Shown piece by piece: positions 1 through 9,070 of a stretch of DNA of 29,949 nt. Source of the stretch: Candidatus Saccharimonadales bacterium (lineage in GTDB: Bacteria > Patescibacteriota > Saccharimonadia > Saccharimonadales > UBA4665); assembly GCA_049291335.1 (NCBI GenBank), contig JBATPG010000071.1, forward strand, positions 1 to 29,949, written 5' to 3'. Position numbers and translations under genes: made by a program. Each line of letters opens with the position of its first letter. The first letter of the stretch is position 1. The notes under the pieces were generated by a model. It did not search any database, was not told the DNA's origin, and was given only the letters and a program-made list of their open reading frames with translations.

Positions 1-1
1 A

Positions 2-322
2 GTGTGGTCTATGCTGTACCCCATAATTATTGCAGTAAATATCTACGTGGTCGTACTGCTTACCCAAAGTAAAATAACCTGGCTTGTCGCCCTGCCCTTT
101 TGGCTCAACCTATTCTTTAACGTTCTGTTTACTCCCATTCAGTTTGGGCTACGAAACAACTGGCTTGCAGTAGCAGATATTTTTCTAGTACTTATCACCA
201 TAGTTTGGGCTATGGTGGCCATTTGGCCATATGCCAAGATCGCCACAATTGCTTTTGTACCCTATTTAGTTTGGGTGTGCATTGCCACAGCCTTACAGAC
301 CTACATTGCATTCAAAAACTAA
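2..322 (+). CDS. tspO: TspO/MBR tryptophan-rich sensory protein (5' truncated by window edge)
   Basis: Hydrophobic Trp-rich protein with LNLFFNVLFTPIQFG and VPYLVWVCIATAL motifs typical of TspO. Confidence 0.9.
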   Translation: MWSMLYPIIIAVNIYVVVLLTQSKITWLVALPFWLNLFFNVLFTPIQFGLRNNWLAVADIFLVLITIVWAMVAIWPYAKIATIAFVPYLVWVCIATALQTYIAFKN

Positions 323-341
323 AACACCACTGTCCTAGTCT

Positions 342-1559
342 TTATATTGAAGTGTTCTGTGTTTTGTAACGTAGCACCATCAACCCCAACAAGGCACTTA
401 TGGCCGACGCAATAAAAATGCTTAGTTTGGCAATGGTTACAAACTGCTCGTCGCTAAACGCAAGCTCGGTAACAAATATCGACACAGTAAACCCAATGCC
501 CGCTAGCAGCCCCACGCCAACCATATGGTTCCAGCGGGCGTCTTCTGGCAAGTTCGCAAACTTGAACCGTATCATCAGCCAAGAGGCGCCCACAATACCT
601 ACCACTTTACCAACAACGAGCCCTAGAATAATGCCCCCAGCAATAGGCACGGCTGCCGGGTCTTGGTAGTTACTACCAGCAAGCACAATACCGGTATTTG
701 CAAACGCAAACAGTGGCACAACTAAAAAGGTAGAGATAGGTATCATAAAATGCTCGGTTCGCTCGGCAATAGACTTTGTACCACCCGAGGTAAGCGCCAT
801 AGGTGCTAGCAGCCCCATAATAACCCCCGCTATGCTGGCATGCACTCCCGAGGCGTTAACAGCAAGCCATATGCCTATACAGCCAAGGGCATATACAAAC
901 ATAGTGAGACGACTCATTTTGTTAAGCACGAGCATAGCAACCACAAAGATCACCGTTAGGCCTAGCATGGACAATTCTACGCCCTGGTTATAAAACACTG
1001 TTATAACAATTACCGCACCGATGTCATCTACAATGGCAAGCGTTAACAAAAACAAACGAACAGATGCTGGTATTCTGTTGCCTAGGAGCGCAAGTATGCC
1101 TATAGCAAACGCAATATCGGTAGCCATAGGTATGGCCCAACCACTCAGAGCACCCGAATTAAGGTTAAACCCAACGTAGATGAGTGCAGGTACAATCATG
1201 CCACCAATTGCCGCCGCAAATGGTAATATTGCGGTTTTAAACTTTCGTAGTTCCCCGCTAAAAAGCTCTCGCTTTAGCTCTAGCCCGACCACCAAGAAGA
1301 ATATCGCCATTAATGCATCGTTTACCCAGTGCTGTAAGTCTTTGTCTATAACCCAGTTGCCCAGGCCCAAACTAAAATGCGTGCTCCAAATGGCTTCATA
1401 CCAGCTAGCGAGTGCCATATTTGCTGCTATAAGCGCTAGTATCGTTGCGCCAATAATAAACTTGCCACTAATGGCCTCGTCTCGTAACAAATACTGCGCC
1501 TGCTCAGAAATATTTACAGGGTGAAACGCTTTTGCGATAGTTATGATTCGTTTTTTCAA
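342..1559 (-). CDS. nhaA: Na+/H+ antiporter NhaA
   Basis: WVNDALMAIFFLVVGLELKRE, GWAIPMATDIAFA, LAIVDD and GIGFTVSIF motifs; TTG start with AGGA upstream. Confidence 0.97.
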   Translation of the reverse strand: MKKRIITIAKAFHPVNISEQAQYLLRDEAISGKFIIGATILALIAANMALASWYEAIWSTHFSLGLGNWVIDKDLQHWVNDALMAIFFLVVGLELKRELFSGELRKFKTAILPFAAAIGGMIVPALIYVGFNLNSGALSGWAIPMATDIAFAIGILALLGNRIPASVRLFLLTLAIVDDIGAVIVITVFYNQGVELSMLGLTVIFVVAMLVLNKMSRLTMFVYALGCIGIWLAVNASGVHASIAGVIMGLLAPMALTSGGTKSIAERTEHFMIPISTFLVVPLFAFANTGIVLAGSNYQDPAAVPIAGGIILGLVVGKVVGIVGASWLMIRFKFANLPEDARWNHMVGVGLLAGIGFTVSIFVTELAFSDEQFVTIAKLSIFIASAISALLGLMVLRYKTQNTSI

Positions 1560-1587
1560 GTGCTAATATCCTGTCGGCTTTAAAATA

Positions 1588-1614
1588 GTCGCTGACCAGA
1601 CTTCCCAGCACACC
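1588..1614 (-). promoter_or_regulatory. Candidate cis-regulatory RNA (riboswitch-like) in the nhaA leader
   Basis: GGTGTGCTGGGAAGTCTGGTCAGCGAC with a GCTG/CAGC stem, downstream of a -10-like TAAGCT (1623-1628) and upstream of the nhaA RBS. Confidence 0.55.
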
Positions 1615-1742
1615 TTGTATATAGCTTATAAGAAATTGACAATATTAGCCATAACTACAATTATTAGATGCTTTGTAATAAACAAAAACTAACATATTTG
1701 CAAATTGAGTGTATAATATACCACTATTGAGCGCGGTCTATT

Positions 1743-2747
1743 ATGGAGCAAGTAAGTTATATACTATTTCGATTTAAAACAGTTTTTGCTAGCCTATTTC
1801 TTTTTATAGGGGTGCTCTTGCTAGCGGCTATTATTACTGCCACCGGAAACGGAACGGTTTTTGATAGTCGCACCCAGCTTTCGAAAAAGCCGGTCGTGGC
1901 CACCACGTATGACACACCAAACTACGTTACAAAAGCCGGGTACAACTTGGTAGAGGGCACAAAGCGTCTAACGATATCTTCTGGTACTGCAATCTATCGG
2001 ACAAGCCGAGCCATAACTAATGCTAGCTCTACGGCCGCCACTACCGTTGTAGAGACAAGTGTTAGTTCAGCTCAAGCGGTGGCCGATGGTGCAGTGCTAG
2101 CCGCAACAACGGTTGGTAGTGGTGTTTTAGGAGTAGCTAAGAGCACCGCAAATGCAACAACTGCCATCACTAACAACGATGTGGTTAGTGCCTACATACA
2201 ACCCGCCAAAACAGCCACAACACCCATACCAGTAATAGATGCGCAAACCTCACTTGCCCTACTAGATCAGCTAAATACAGAGCAACGTGCCCAAACAGCC
2301 AAACTACTCAACGAGCAGGTGGCAGAAAACAGGCGCTTAGTTGGTACAGTTGTTGCTGGTGACTCAAAGCACGGAGGCTACCCCGCCAAGTGGGATAATG
2401 CACGGCAAGACAGCTTGGTAGACAGTTGGGGCATGTACAACCGCGAGTGCGTAAGCTACGCCGCCTGGAAAGTACACCAAGCCTACGGCACCATGCCGTA
2501 TTGGGGTGGCATAGGTAACGCTAACCAGTGGGTCCGTAACGCTAAGCGCACCGGCATACCAACCAGCACCGCCCCCAAAGTAGGCTCGGTAGCAATATCT
2601 ATGGCAGGCTACTATGGCCACGCCATGTGGGTAGAGGCTGTGGAGGGAAACATGATCTACATAAGCCAGTACAACTACGACCTAAACGGGCGCTACAGCG
2701 AAATGTGGGTCGATGGCAGAAACTTTACCTACATATACTTTCAGTAA
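1743..2747 (+). CDS. Membrane-anchored CHAP-domain peptidoglycan hydrolase
   Basis: N-terminal hydrophobic helix, Ala/Thr-rich linker, C-terminal RECVSYAAW...GNANQW...GHAMWVE (catalytic Cys/His). Confidence 0.9.
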   Translation: MEQVSYILFRFKTVFASLFLFIGVLLLAAIITATGNGTVFDSRTQLSKKPVVATTYDTPNYVTKAGYNLVEGTKRLTISSGTAIYRTSRAITNASSTAATTVVETSVSSAQAVADGAVLAATTVGSGVLGVAKSTANATTAITNNDVVSAYIQPAKTATTPIPVIDAQTSLALLDQLNTEQRAQTAKLLNEQVAENRRLVGTVVAGDSKHGGYPAKWDNARQDSLVDSWGMYNRECVSYAAWKVHQAYGTMPYWGGIGNANQWVRNAKRTGIPTSTAPKVGSVAISMAGYYGHAMWVEAVEGNMIYISQYNYDLNGRYSEMWVDGRNFTYIYFQ

Positions 2748-2823
2748 AACTCAGACTGATCTAGCGGTATAGATAAGCATTTTAGTACAAGTACTTTCAA
2801 TTCGGTTTTGCTATACTGACGCT

Positions 2824-3321
2824 ATGAGTGAAAACAACAAATTTGGCCTCAACCTTATTGCAATAAACAAAAACGAACAAATACGAAAACTTCGCACCGC
2901 CAGCGACAAACTTGCCGACAAAGTAACAGCCAGCGCTGGTTCTACGCCATTTTTGGTATTTAACCTTGTGTGGTTCGTTAGTTGGGTGCTCATTAACACT
3001 GGTACCTTTGGCGAAAAATACGTGTTCGACGAATACCCCTTTGGTTTTTTAACAATGGTCGTGTCGCTAGAAGCCATAATTCTTGCAGTCTTTGTACTTA
3101 TTAGCCAAAACCGCCAGTCTAAACGTAGCGAGATTCGTTCAGAGCTCGACTACATTACCGACCTGCAGGCAGACGCTGAAATAACAGCCATTATGAGCAT
3201 GCTAGAGCGTTTGGCAGAAAAGCAAGGCATAGCAGTAGATGATCTTATTGTTGACCTAGAAAAAAATCAACGACGCATACAGCGCGAACACCCTATTACC
3301 AAAAAAGATCTCGAAGACTAA
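2824..3321 (+). CDS. DUF1003 family membrane protein
   Basis: FDEYPFGFLTMVVSLEAIILAVFVLISQNRQ motif; TGnTATACT 6 nt before ATG. Confidence 0.9.
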   Translation: MSENNKFGLNLIAINKNEQIRKLRTASDKLADKVTASAGSTPFLVFNLVWFVSWVLINTGTFGEKYVFDEYPFGFLTMVVSLEAIILAVFVLISQNRQSKRSEIRSELDYITDLQADAEITAIMSMLERLAEKQGIAVDDLIVDLEKNQRRIQREHPITKKDLED

Positions 3322-3629
3322 GTTTCAACGAGCTTACTTACAATATAGAAGCCAGCTAAACAGATTGCTAGCACGCCGATCGTTGCAATAGTCGCCCAGC
3401 TGCGTTCTATTTTGTAGTGCTTAGATGTAACCCTATACAGATATAAAGGAATGAGGAACAGATTTACTGCGCCCAACAAATAAAACAATAGCCAGAGTGG
3501 CCATGTTTCAAACCCGGCAAATTCTGGCTCACTGCTGTTAGCAACTGCGATCTTGTAAGTAGTAATCGCTAGCGCTAGGACTAGCACCTGAGCTAAAGCA
3601 AAAAACTGTACTAGCTTTGAGATAATCAT
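3318..3629 (-). CDS. Hypothetical membrane protein (about 3 TM)
   Basis: 103 aa hydrophobic ORF, starts 3 nt after the stop of the upstream co-oriented gene. Confidence 0.7.
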   Translation of the reverse strand: MIISKLVQFFALAQVLVLALAITTYKIAVANSSEPEFAGFETWPLWLLFYLLGAVNLFLIPLYLYRVTSKHYKIERSWATIATIGVLAICLAGFYIVSKLVET

Positions 3630-3632
3630 TGG

Positions 3633-4121
3633 TTATTTATGTTTCTTGTCTACATGTGGGCGGTGGTCGTGAAATAGCATAGCCATGCTGGTTATAGAGC
3701 CAACTATAATAATTGCAGTGTACAGGTTAGTAATTTCGCGCCACAACGCTTCGTCTTTAATGGCAAGCTGAATATCTCGTGGCAGCAACGGTATGACGAG
3801 CACGGCTAGCAGTGCGCCGGCCGCAAGAGACACAATAACGTTAACTGCTGTCTTGGGCGTGCCATGCACGTTACCCTTTGTCAAAAATAGCGTTGCCACA
3901 AACGGCAATAGCAAAAGAACTACTTTGGTCCACTGCGCTATAACCAGTGTGTTAGCGGGCGAAAACGAGGCCAACAACTCTGCTACATCTGGCCCAACTG
4001 CAAGCGCTAAAATACTGCCTAAACATAGCGCTAAAAACGCCACCCCGCCATTGGCCTTAAACAGAACCAACACTACCGCTGGAACAAGCATAACTGCAGC
4101 CAAAATAGCCATGTACGTCAT
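3633..4121 (-). CDS. Hypothetical multi-pass membrane protein
   Basis: 162 aa, about 5 hydrophobic helices; TGCTATCAT 6 nt before ATG. Confidence 0.8.
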   Translation of the reverse strand: MTYMAILAAVMLVPAVVLVLFKANGGVAFLALCLGSILALAVGPDVAELLASFSPANTLVIAQWTKVVLLLLPFVATLFLTKGNVHGTPKTAVNVIVSLAAGALLAVLVIPLLPRDIQLAIKDEALWREITNLYTAIIIVGSITSMAMLFHDHRPHVDKKHK

Positions 4122-4147
4122 GGGGTTATGATAGCATACCGCTAGTG

Positions 4148-4273
4148 CTACGGCCTGTTTGCTGTGTTGGCCGTGCTAGTTTTACTGGCTTTATACCTTT
4201 TGTACAGCCTACGCACCACAAGCAGCGCCAAAAAAACTCTATAAATTCGTCGTATTAGTAGAATTATTGCCAT
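4148..4273 (-). CDS. Small basic/hydrophobic peptide (41 aa, not in ORF track)
   Basis: MAIILLIRRIYRVFLALLVVRRLYKRYKASKTSTANTANRP; TGATACGAT 7 nt before ATG; fills an intergenic gap. Confidence 0.55.
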   Translation of the reverse strand: MAIILLIRRIYRVFLALLVVRRLYKRYKASKTSTANTANRP

Positions 4274-4358
4274 AGCTTTAATCGTATCAATCTTTCAGGT
4301 ATTTACACATAGTACTATGTTACTAGCGCAGGGTAGCATTTATTACAGATTTGTAGCG

Positions 4359-4823
4359 CTAATTCAGCGGTAGTTTTTGGCCAACAGCAAGTTGGTGCTT
4401 GTCTATGGTGCCACTCGGTAACTCGACAACATATTTGGTTTTAACTTTCGGGCAAAAAGTCTTTGGGTACGTTTTGGGCGATACTCGTTCTTCTAGGTGC
4501 CGAATGATCTTTGTGTCATCCACCCAAACAATGTCTATGGCAAAGTTCATGTCTTTCATCCATATACACGTGACAGTAGGCGTGGGCTCCGCAAAAAGCA
4601 TGCCTTCGTTGGCTGCCAAGCTTTCGTGCCCACTTAAGCCTTTTTTTCGTGCTTCACTACTAGCCACAATTTCGAGTACGTACTCTTGATTGTCGAGTAA
4701 CAAAGTATTGGTCGGTGGCTTGTACGCCAAAAGTGGCACCATAACCACCGCCAATGTTCCAACAATAAACAGAGCTGGCTTAAACCATTTTTTAGTTGTA
4801 ATTGTTTGTATCGTTTTGGCCAT
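4359..4823 (-). CDS. DUF192 family protein
   Basis: KGLSG...EGMLF...IWMKDMNFAIDIVW...YVVELPSG motifs; N-terminal TM helix. Confidence 0.92.
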   Translation of the reverse strand: MAKTIQTITTKKWFKPALFIVGTLAVVMVPLLAYKPPTNTLLLDNQEYVLEIVASSEARKKGLSGHESLAANEGMLFAEPTPTVTCIWMKDMNFAIDIVWVDDTKIIRHLEERVSPKTYPKTFCPKVKTKYVVELPSGTIDKHQLAVGQKLPLN

Positions 4824-4831
4824 GCGGTCGA

Positions 4832-6208
4832 TTAACCCGGAATATCAAAAGTGTTTTTAACTGCCTTAATTAGGTTTTGGGCTTTAGGAGACACATCGCC
4901 CTTTGACATAGTTTTCCCTAGTTTCATTATCTTCAGTACGCGCCTACCTTTTTCAATAACATCGCCTTCGTTATGACGACAAAAAATCAGCATCATATCG
5001 TCAGTCTTTACCGCATCTAACATAAATGTACTTTTAACGAATGTTACCTTGTCGCCGTCTAGCTTATACAGCCCTGGAGTGATTTGTTTTTTTAGTACAA
5101 AGTCATCATCTACCTGGCTGTTGAGTATCAGTAACGAGCCTGGCTTTTTATAGCGTGCGCCACTTGGCAAAGCCTCTGGGTCGGTAACTTCATACTTAAA
5201 ATTGCCCAGCTCTAACACATGCAACAATGAAAAAGGTATCTTCCCTGCCATATACTGCATTTCACTAATTATGTGGGTATATCCTGTCATGCGAGCGTTG
5301 ATTTCTATTGCGTACACTTCATGTTCGGGCGTAACAATTAGGTCAACACCAAAAACGCCCTTATAGCCGTGACTGGCCAGTTCTGAACCAATAACAGAGG
5401 CTATTTCTTGTGCACGGTGCTGCACGATATCTGGGTAGTTAGCACCGATTTCACCACCACACCAACGAGTCGCACCCGCAATGGATGTGTTGCACAAATG
5501 CTTACTATCTACTAGCTGCCGCTGAATACCGCCACTAAATATACCGTATTTTGTGATACATACTTGAATACTAGAAATTTCCCCGTGTATAAACTCTGAA
5601 GCCACAATGGTTCGACCTTGAGAAAACTTCTTCAGTGATTTAACCGCTTGTACATAGTCTTCGAGGTTATGAATAGCGTATGTGCCCTTCGACCCCGATG
5701 ATTCTTCGTCTTGTAGCATAAATGAACCGCCAAAGCGCTCTTTAAGGTCTGGGAACGATGCCGCACGGTCGAGTTCGTTCATGTACTTGATTTCGTATTC
5801 TGGCACTTTTATAAGGTCAGAAAATTCATCACGGAAATACCTCTTGTTCTCATAGGCATGGGCAATGGTTGGCGAATTCATTAAGTAAGCCAGCGGGTTT
5901 ATCTTGTACGGCGGGTCTAGCGGAGAATACATAACGTATTTACGACGAGAGTCGTTTTTGAATAAATCAATAAAGCGCCTTGTAGCAACATACTTGCTAA
6001 CGTTTTCACCCGTCTTAAGCTTGAGAAGGTCTAAAGACGATACTTGCGCCTTAAGAGGCAGGTCATTTAGCCATTGTTGCTTGGTGGGCGTCACAATTCT
6101 AAAATCATCAAAAAGCTTATCAAACAGTAAGAAGTTATAGGGGTCAGAGCTAACAACCCCAATAGGGATGTTGCTGTTGTAGTCGATTGCTATCTTGCGT
6201 TTTGCCAT
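4832..6208 (-). CDS. ATP-grasp domain protein (carboxylate-amine ligase-like)
   Basis: SSGSKGT loop, GYKGVFGVDLIV and EINARMTG motifs; ATG at 6208 preferred, GTG at 6226 possible. Confidence 0.8.
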   Translation of the reverse strand: MAKRKIAIDYNSNIPIGVVSSDPYNFLLFDKLFDDFRIVTPTKQQWLNDLPLKAQVSSLDLLKLKTGENVSKYVATRRFIDLFKNDSRRKYVMYSPLDPPYKINPLAYLMNSPTIAHAYENKRYFRDEFSDLIKVPEYEIKYMNELDRAASFPDLKERFGGSFMLQDEESSGSKGTYAIHNLEDYVQAVKSLKKFSQGRTIVASEFIHGEISSIQVCITKYGIFSGGIQRQLVDSKHLCNTSIAGATRWCGGEIGANYPDIVQHRAQEIASVIGSELASHGYKGVFGVDLIVTPEHEVYAIEINARMTGYTHIISEMQYMAGKIPFSLLHVLELGNFKYEVTDPEALPSGARYKKPGSLLILNSQVDDDFVLKKQITPGLYKLDGDKVTFVKSTFMLDAVKTDDMMLIFCRHNEGDVIEKGRRVLKIMKLGKTMSKGDVSPKAQNLIKAVKNTFDIPG

Positions 6209-6322
6209 AGTAATAATGTTGCCCACTTATAGTTACTGTGTAACCTTATTGTAGTAAGTAAGTGCCGTGTTACCAAGTAACAATTTATACTATCATTTTT
6301 GTACTGTTTTGTCAATATAGGT

Positions 6323-7279
6323 TCAGCGCGAAATTGCATCGAGAAGTAATGGGGCAATATGAACAGGGCTCCCTGTTGTGGGATATTCATGTAGCTTAAA
6401 CCCAGGCATAGAGTTTATTTCTAGCATGGGGAAGTACGAGTTAGACAGTGGCTCTGCGATGTCATCGCACATAATATCAAAACCCGCTATGAGTAGCCCA
6501 AGTTGTTTTGTAATACGGCCTGCGGCCTCACCCCAGCTGGGGTGTACCTCGTTGGTAACATTTGTTGCTTCGCCTCCCGTGCTAAGACTTTCTATTTGGT
6601 TTAGTCGTACGGCCTTACCGGCAACCGGAATAGTTTCTAGCATGTTACCGCCTAAGTACTCATGCATGTCGCTGTGCAGTATATGACCGTGAGCAGTGTT
6701 GGTGCCATTTCTTCTTGGTTGGTCGTTTACAGTCTGTACGAGCTCGCGTAGCGAAGATGTGCCATCACCAAGCACACTAGCAGCCGTTCTTTCTGCGGTG
6801 GCGACCATTTGGCCGTCGACAACCAGTAGTCTGTAAAGCTTGCCTGTTAAGTACGCCTGGGCTAACACTTTACCAGAGTCACTATGCGTTTTAGCATATC
6901 TAAAGGCGGTGGTAGCGCGTTCACGGCTGGTAATGTTAGCCGTTACACCACGACCCCCGCTTGAGTCGAGTGGCTTAATAACAATTGAGGTATGAGTTTT
7001 TAAAAATTGCAGGGCATCTTCTTCGTCTTCGAGTAGCTGATATGCAGGAACCTTGAACCCGCATGCCTCAACAAATTGCAGCGTCAAGAGCTTATCTATG
7101 GCAATTTTTGTGCCGTTGGCAGACGACTCAAGCGGTCGAGACCCACGAAGCAAATTTTTTGTGCCATTTGGCAAGCCAATACGGAGGTATCGGTCTCGTT
7201 CACCAAATTTGGTAACGGCGTATCCTCGCCGGTTGGCTTCGTCTATCAGTAGCTGTTGGGTAATCGTAGTCACCGACAA
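6323..7279 (-). CDS. ATP-grasp ligase resembling the cyanophycin synthetase N-domain / GshF C-domain
   Basis: VIKPLDSSGGRGVT, GDGTSSLRELV, LSTGG, AGFDI, LEINSMPG; no Mur-ligase domain. Confidence 0.85.
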   Translation of the reverse strand: MSVTTITQQLLIDEANRRGYAVTKFGERDRYLRIGLPNGTKNLLRGSRPLESSANGTKIAIDKLLTLQFVEACGFKVPAYQLLEDEEDALQFLKTHTSIVIKPLDSSGGRGVTANITSRERATTAFRYAKTHSDSGKVLAQAYLTGKLYRLLVVDGQMVATAERTAASVLGDGTSSLRELVQTVNDQPRRNGTNTAHGHILHSDMHEYLGGNMLETIPVAGKAVRLNQIESLSTGGEATNVTNEVHPSWGEAAGRITKQLGLLIAGFDIMCDDIAEPLSNSYFPMLEINSMPGFKLHEYPTTGSPVHIAPLLLDAISR

Positions 7280-7310
7280 GACTATACGCGAAAGAGAGCA
7301 ATAGACGAAA

Positions 7311-7427
7311 CTATTGTTGTGCCTTGGCTACTTGCACGTAAGTAAAGTACAGCACCAGACCAAGCACAAAAAGCACCATAAGAATCATAGTGAAAAAGCC
7401 GTCTTGATTGTGCTTAAGCTTACGCAT
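7311..7427 (-). CDS. Small prepilin-like membrane peptide (38 aa, not in ORF track)
   Basis: MRKLKHNQDG|FFTMILMVLFVLGLVLYFTYVQVAKAQQ: basic leader, G|F site, hydrophobic helix; TACTAT 7 nt before ATG. Confidence 0.65.
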   Translation of the reverse strand: MRKLKHNQDGFFTMILMVLFVLGLVLYFTYVQVAKAQQ

Positions 7428-7483
7428 TTACCTTATAGTATCCCGTAGATACGGGGTACTTTGCAAGTACCATGAAAATAGAG

Positions 7484-8584
7484 CTAAAATAGACCGCGTT
7501 TCTTGGGAGCTGACTTAAACTGCTCGAGCGCTGCTTGTTGTTCTTTGCTGAGCTTAGTGGGGGTGTCGACAATAAGGGTTACAATGTGCGAACCCCTAGT
7601 TTCGCTACGCAAATGTGGCACGCCGTGATTAGAAAGTTTAAAGTCTGTGCCGCTTTGGGTGCCAGCTGGTACCTTCATGCGTACTTTGCCGTCGACTGTT
7701 TCGACGTCTATTTCGGTGCCAAGCGCAGCGTCTACCATGTCGACATGAGCGTCACTTAAAATAAGATCACCTTCTCGCGTAAATAGCTTGTGGGCTTTTA
7801 CGCGAATGTGCACGTACAGGTCTCCCTTGGGGCCATTTGCCATTGCCTCGCCGTGTTCACGCAAGCGTATAGTTGCGCCGTCGTCTATGCCGGCAGGAAT
7901 CTTAAGCTCAATAGTTTGGCTTTTGTGCTGCGTACCTTTGCCACGGCAAACGCTACATTCTTTTTCGGGGATTTTGCCCTTACCCTTGCAGGTAGGGCAG
8001 ACCATTGCCTGCTGTATATTGCCAAAAATAGTTCTAGTTGCGGTAACTATTTGCCCACTTCCCTTACAAGAATCACAGGTTTTAAATTCGTGTCCAGGTT
8101 CTGCGGTGGTACCCTTGCAGTGCCCACAGGTGTCTTCTAAAGACAGTTTAAGTGCTGTTTCGGTGCCAAATATAGCTTGTTCAAAAGTAATTTCAATAGT
8201 GGTCTCAACATCGTTACCACGTGTTCGCTGCTGACCGCGTTGAGTGCCACCACCAAAAAAGCTACCAAATATGTCACCAAGGCCAAGATCGCCAAAGTCA
8301 AAGTTAACGTTCTGACCGTCAAAACCACCGCCACCGCCAAATGGGTTTCCGCCACCGCCCGACGCGCCACCAACACCAGCATGACCAAACTGGTCATAGC
8401 GCTGACGTTTGCTTTGGTCTTTTAGTACCTCGTAGGCTTCGTTGGCTTCTTTAAATTTTTCTTCGTCGCCACCTTGTTTGTCGGGGTGTAACTCGACTGC
8501 CTTTCGGCGAAAAGCTTTTTTTATCTCATCTGGGCTGGCATCTTTTGCGACACCTAGTACTTCGTAGTAATCACGCTTTGACAT
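7484..8584 (-). CDS. dnaJ: Chaperone DnaJ
   Basis: J-domain with HPD, G/F-rich region, four CxxCxG zinc-finger repeats. Confidence 0.99.
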   Translation of the reverse strand: MSKRDYYEVLGVAKDASPDEIKKAFRRKAVELHPDKQGGDEEKFKEANEAYEVLKDQSKRQRYDQFGHAGVGGASGGGGNPFGGGGGFDGQNVNFDFGDLGLGDIFGSFFGGGTQRGQQRTRGNDVETTIEITFEQAIFGTETALKLSLEDTCGHCKGTTAEPGHEFKTCDSCKGSGQIVTATRTIFGNIQQAMVCPTCKGKGKIPEKECSVCRGKGTQHKSQTIELKIPAGIDDGATIRLREHGEAMANGPKGDLYVHIRVKAHKLFTREGDLILSDAHVDMVDAALGTEIDVETVDGKVRMKVPAGTQSGTDFKLSNHGVPHLRSETRGSHIVTLIVDTPTKLSKEQQAALEQFKSAPKKRGLF

Positions 8585-8591
8585 TTAGTTT

Positions 8592-8629
8592 ATTGTAGCC
8601 GATTGGCACTCAAAAGTCTAGAGTGCCAG
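8592..8629 (-). promoter_or_regulatory. CIRCE operator and sigma70 promoter of dnaJ
   Basis: CTGGCACTC-TAGACTTTT-GAGTGCCAA (8603-8629); -35 TAGACT, 17 bp, -10 TACAAT (8592-8597), 7 nt to ATG. Confidence 0.92.
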
Positions 8630-8688
8630 TGCGATAACATGCAGTAAATCCGTCGCATTAGTACTCAATACTAATGTAACTTGGGCTG

Positions 8689-9051
8689 CTAGGGGCTAGA
8701 TGGAGTGGTAGGAGGTATTGTAATTGTATCTCCCGGGCTAATTTCTTGTTGTGAAGGAAATTGCTGTCGCACTATGGGGATTTGGTTGCTACTGCCAGTA
8801 GGCTCTTCGGAACTTTGTACATTGGTAGTAATTAGGTTGGCTACTGCTACGCCCGATATAAATGCTAATGTGCCGTATGCAAAAATTAGGTTTCTTTTAT
8901 CTGATGTTTGCCTATCAAAAAACGGTGGTGGAGAATCTAGATAGCCAAGTACCCGACTTCCTGGATCGTGATTAGGTGACATAGCCATTGTATCTTCTTT
9001 GCTCTTTAAACTATGTTGAGTTACTATATGCCCCTCGTAAATCGGTGTCAA
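8689..9051 (-). CDS. Hypothetical single-TM protein (start may be later, e.g. MAMSP)
   Basis: One hydrophobic helix and a Pro/Ser/Thr-rich tail. Confidence 0.6.
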   Translation of the reverse strand: MTPIYEGHIVTQHSLKSKEDTMAMSPNHDPGSRVLGYLDSPPPFFDRQTSDKRNLIFAYGTLAFISGVAVANLITTNVQSSEEPTGSSNQIPIVRQQFPSQQEISPGDTITIPPTTPSSP

Positions 9052-9070
9052 ATACTAGTGTCGTATGGTC

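Noticed and set aside
6190..6390. 66-aa ORF bridging the two ATP-grasp genes
   Set aside because: Overlaps both genes out of frame and has no coding features.
7442..7470. Two small hairpins after dnaJ (CCCGTA-GA-TACGGG and GTACTT-TGC-AAGTAC)
   Set aside because: No U-tract and very short loops; cannot be called a terminator or an operator.
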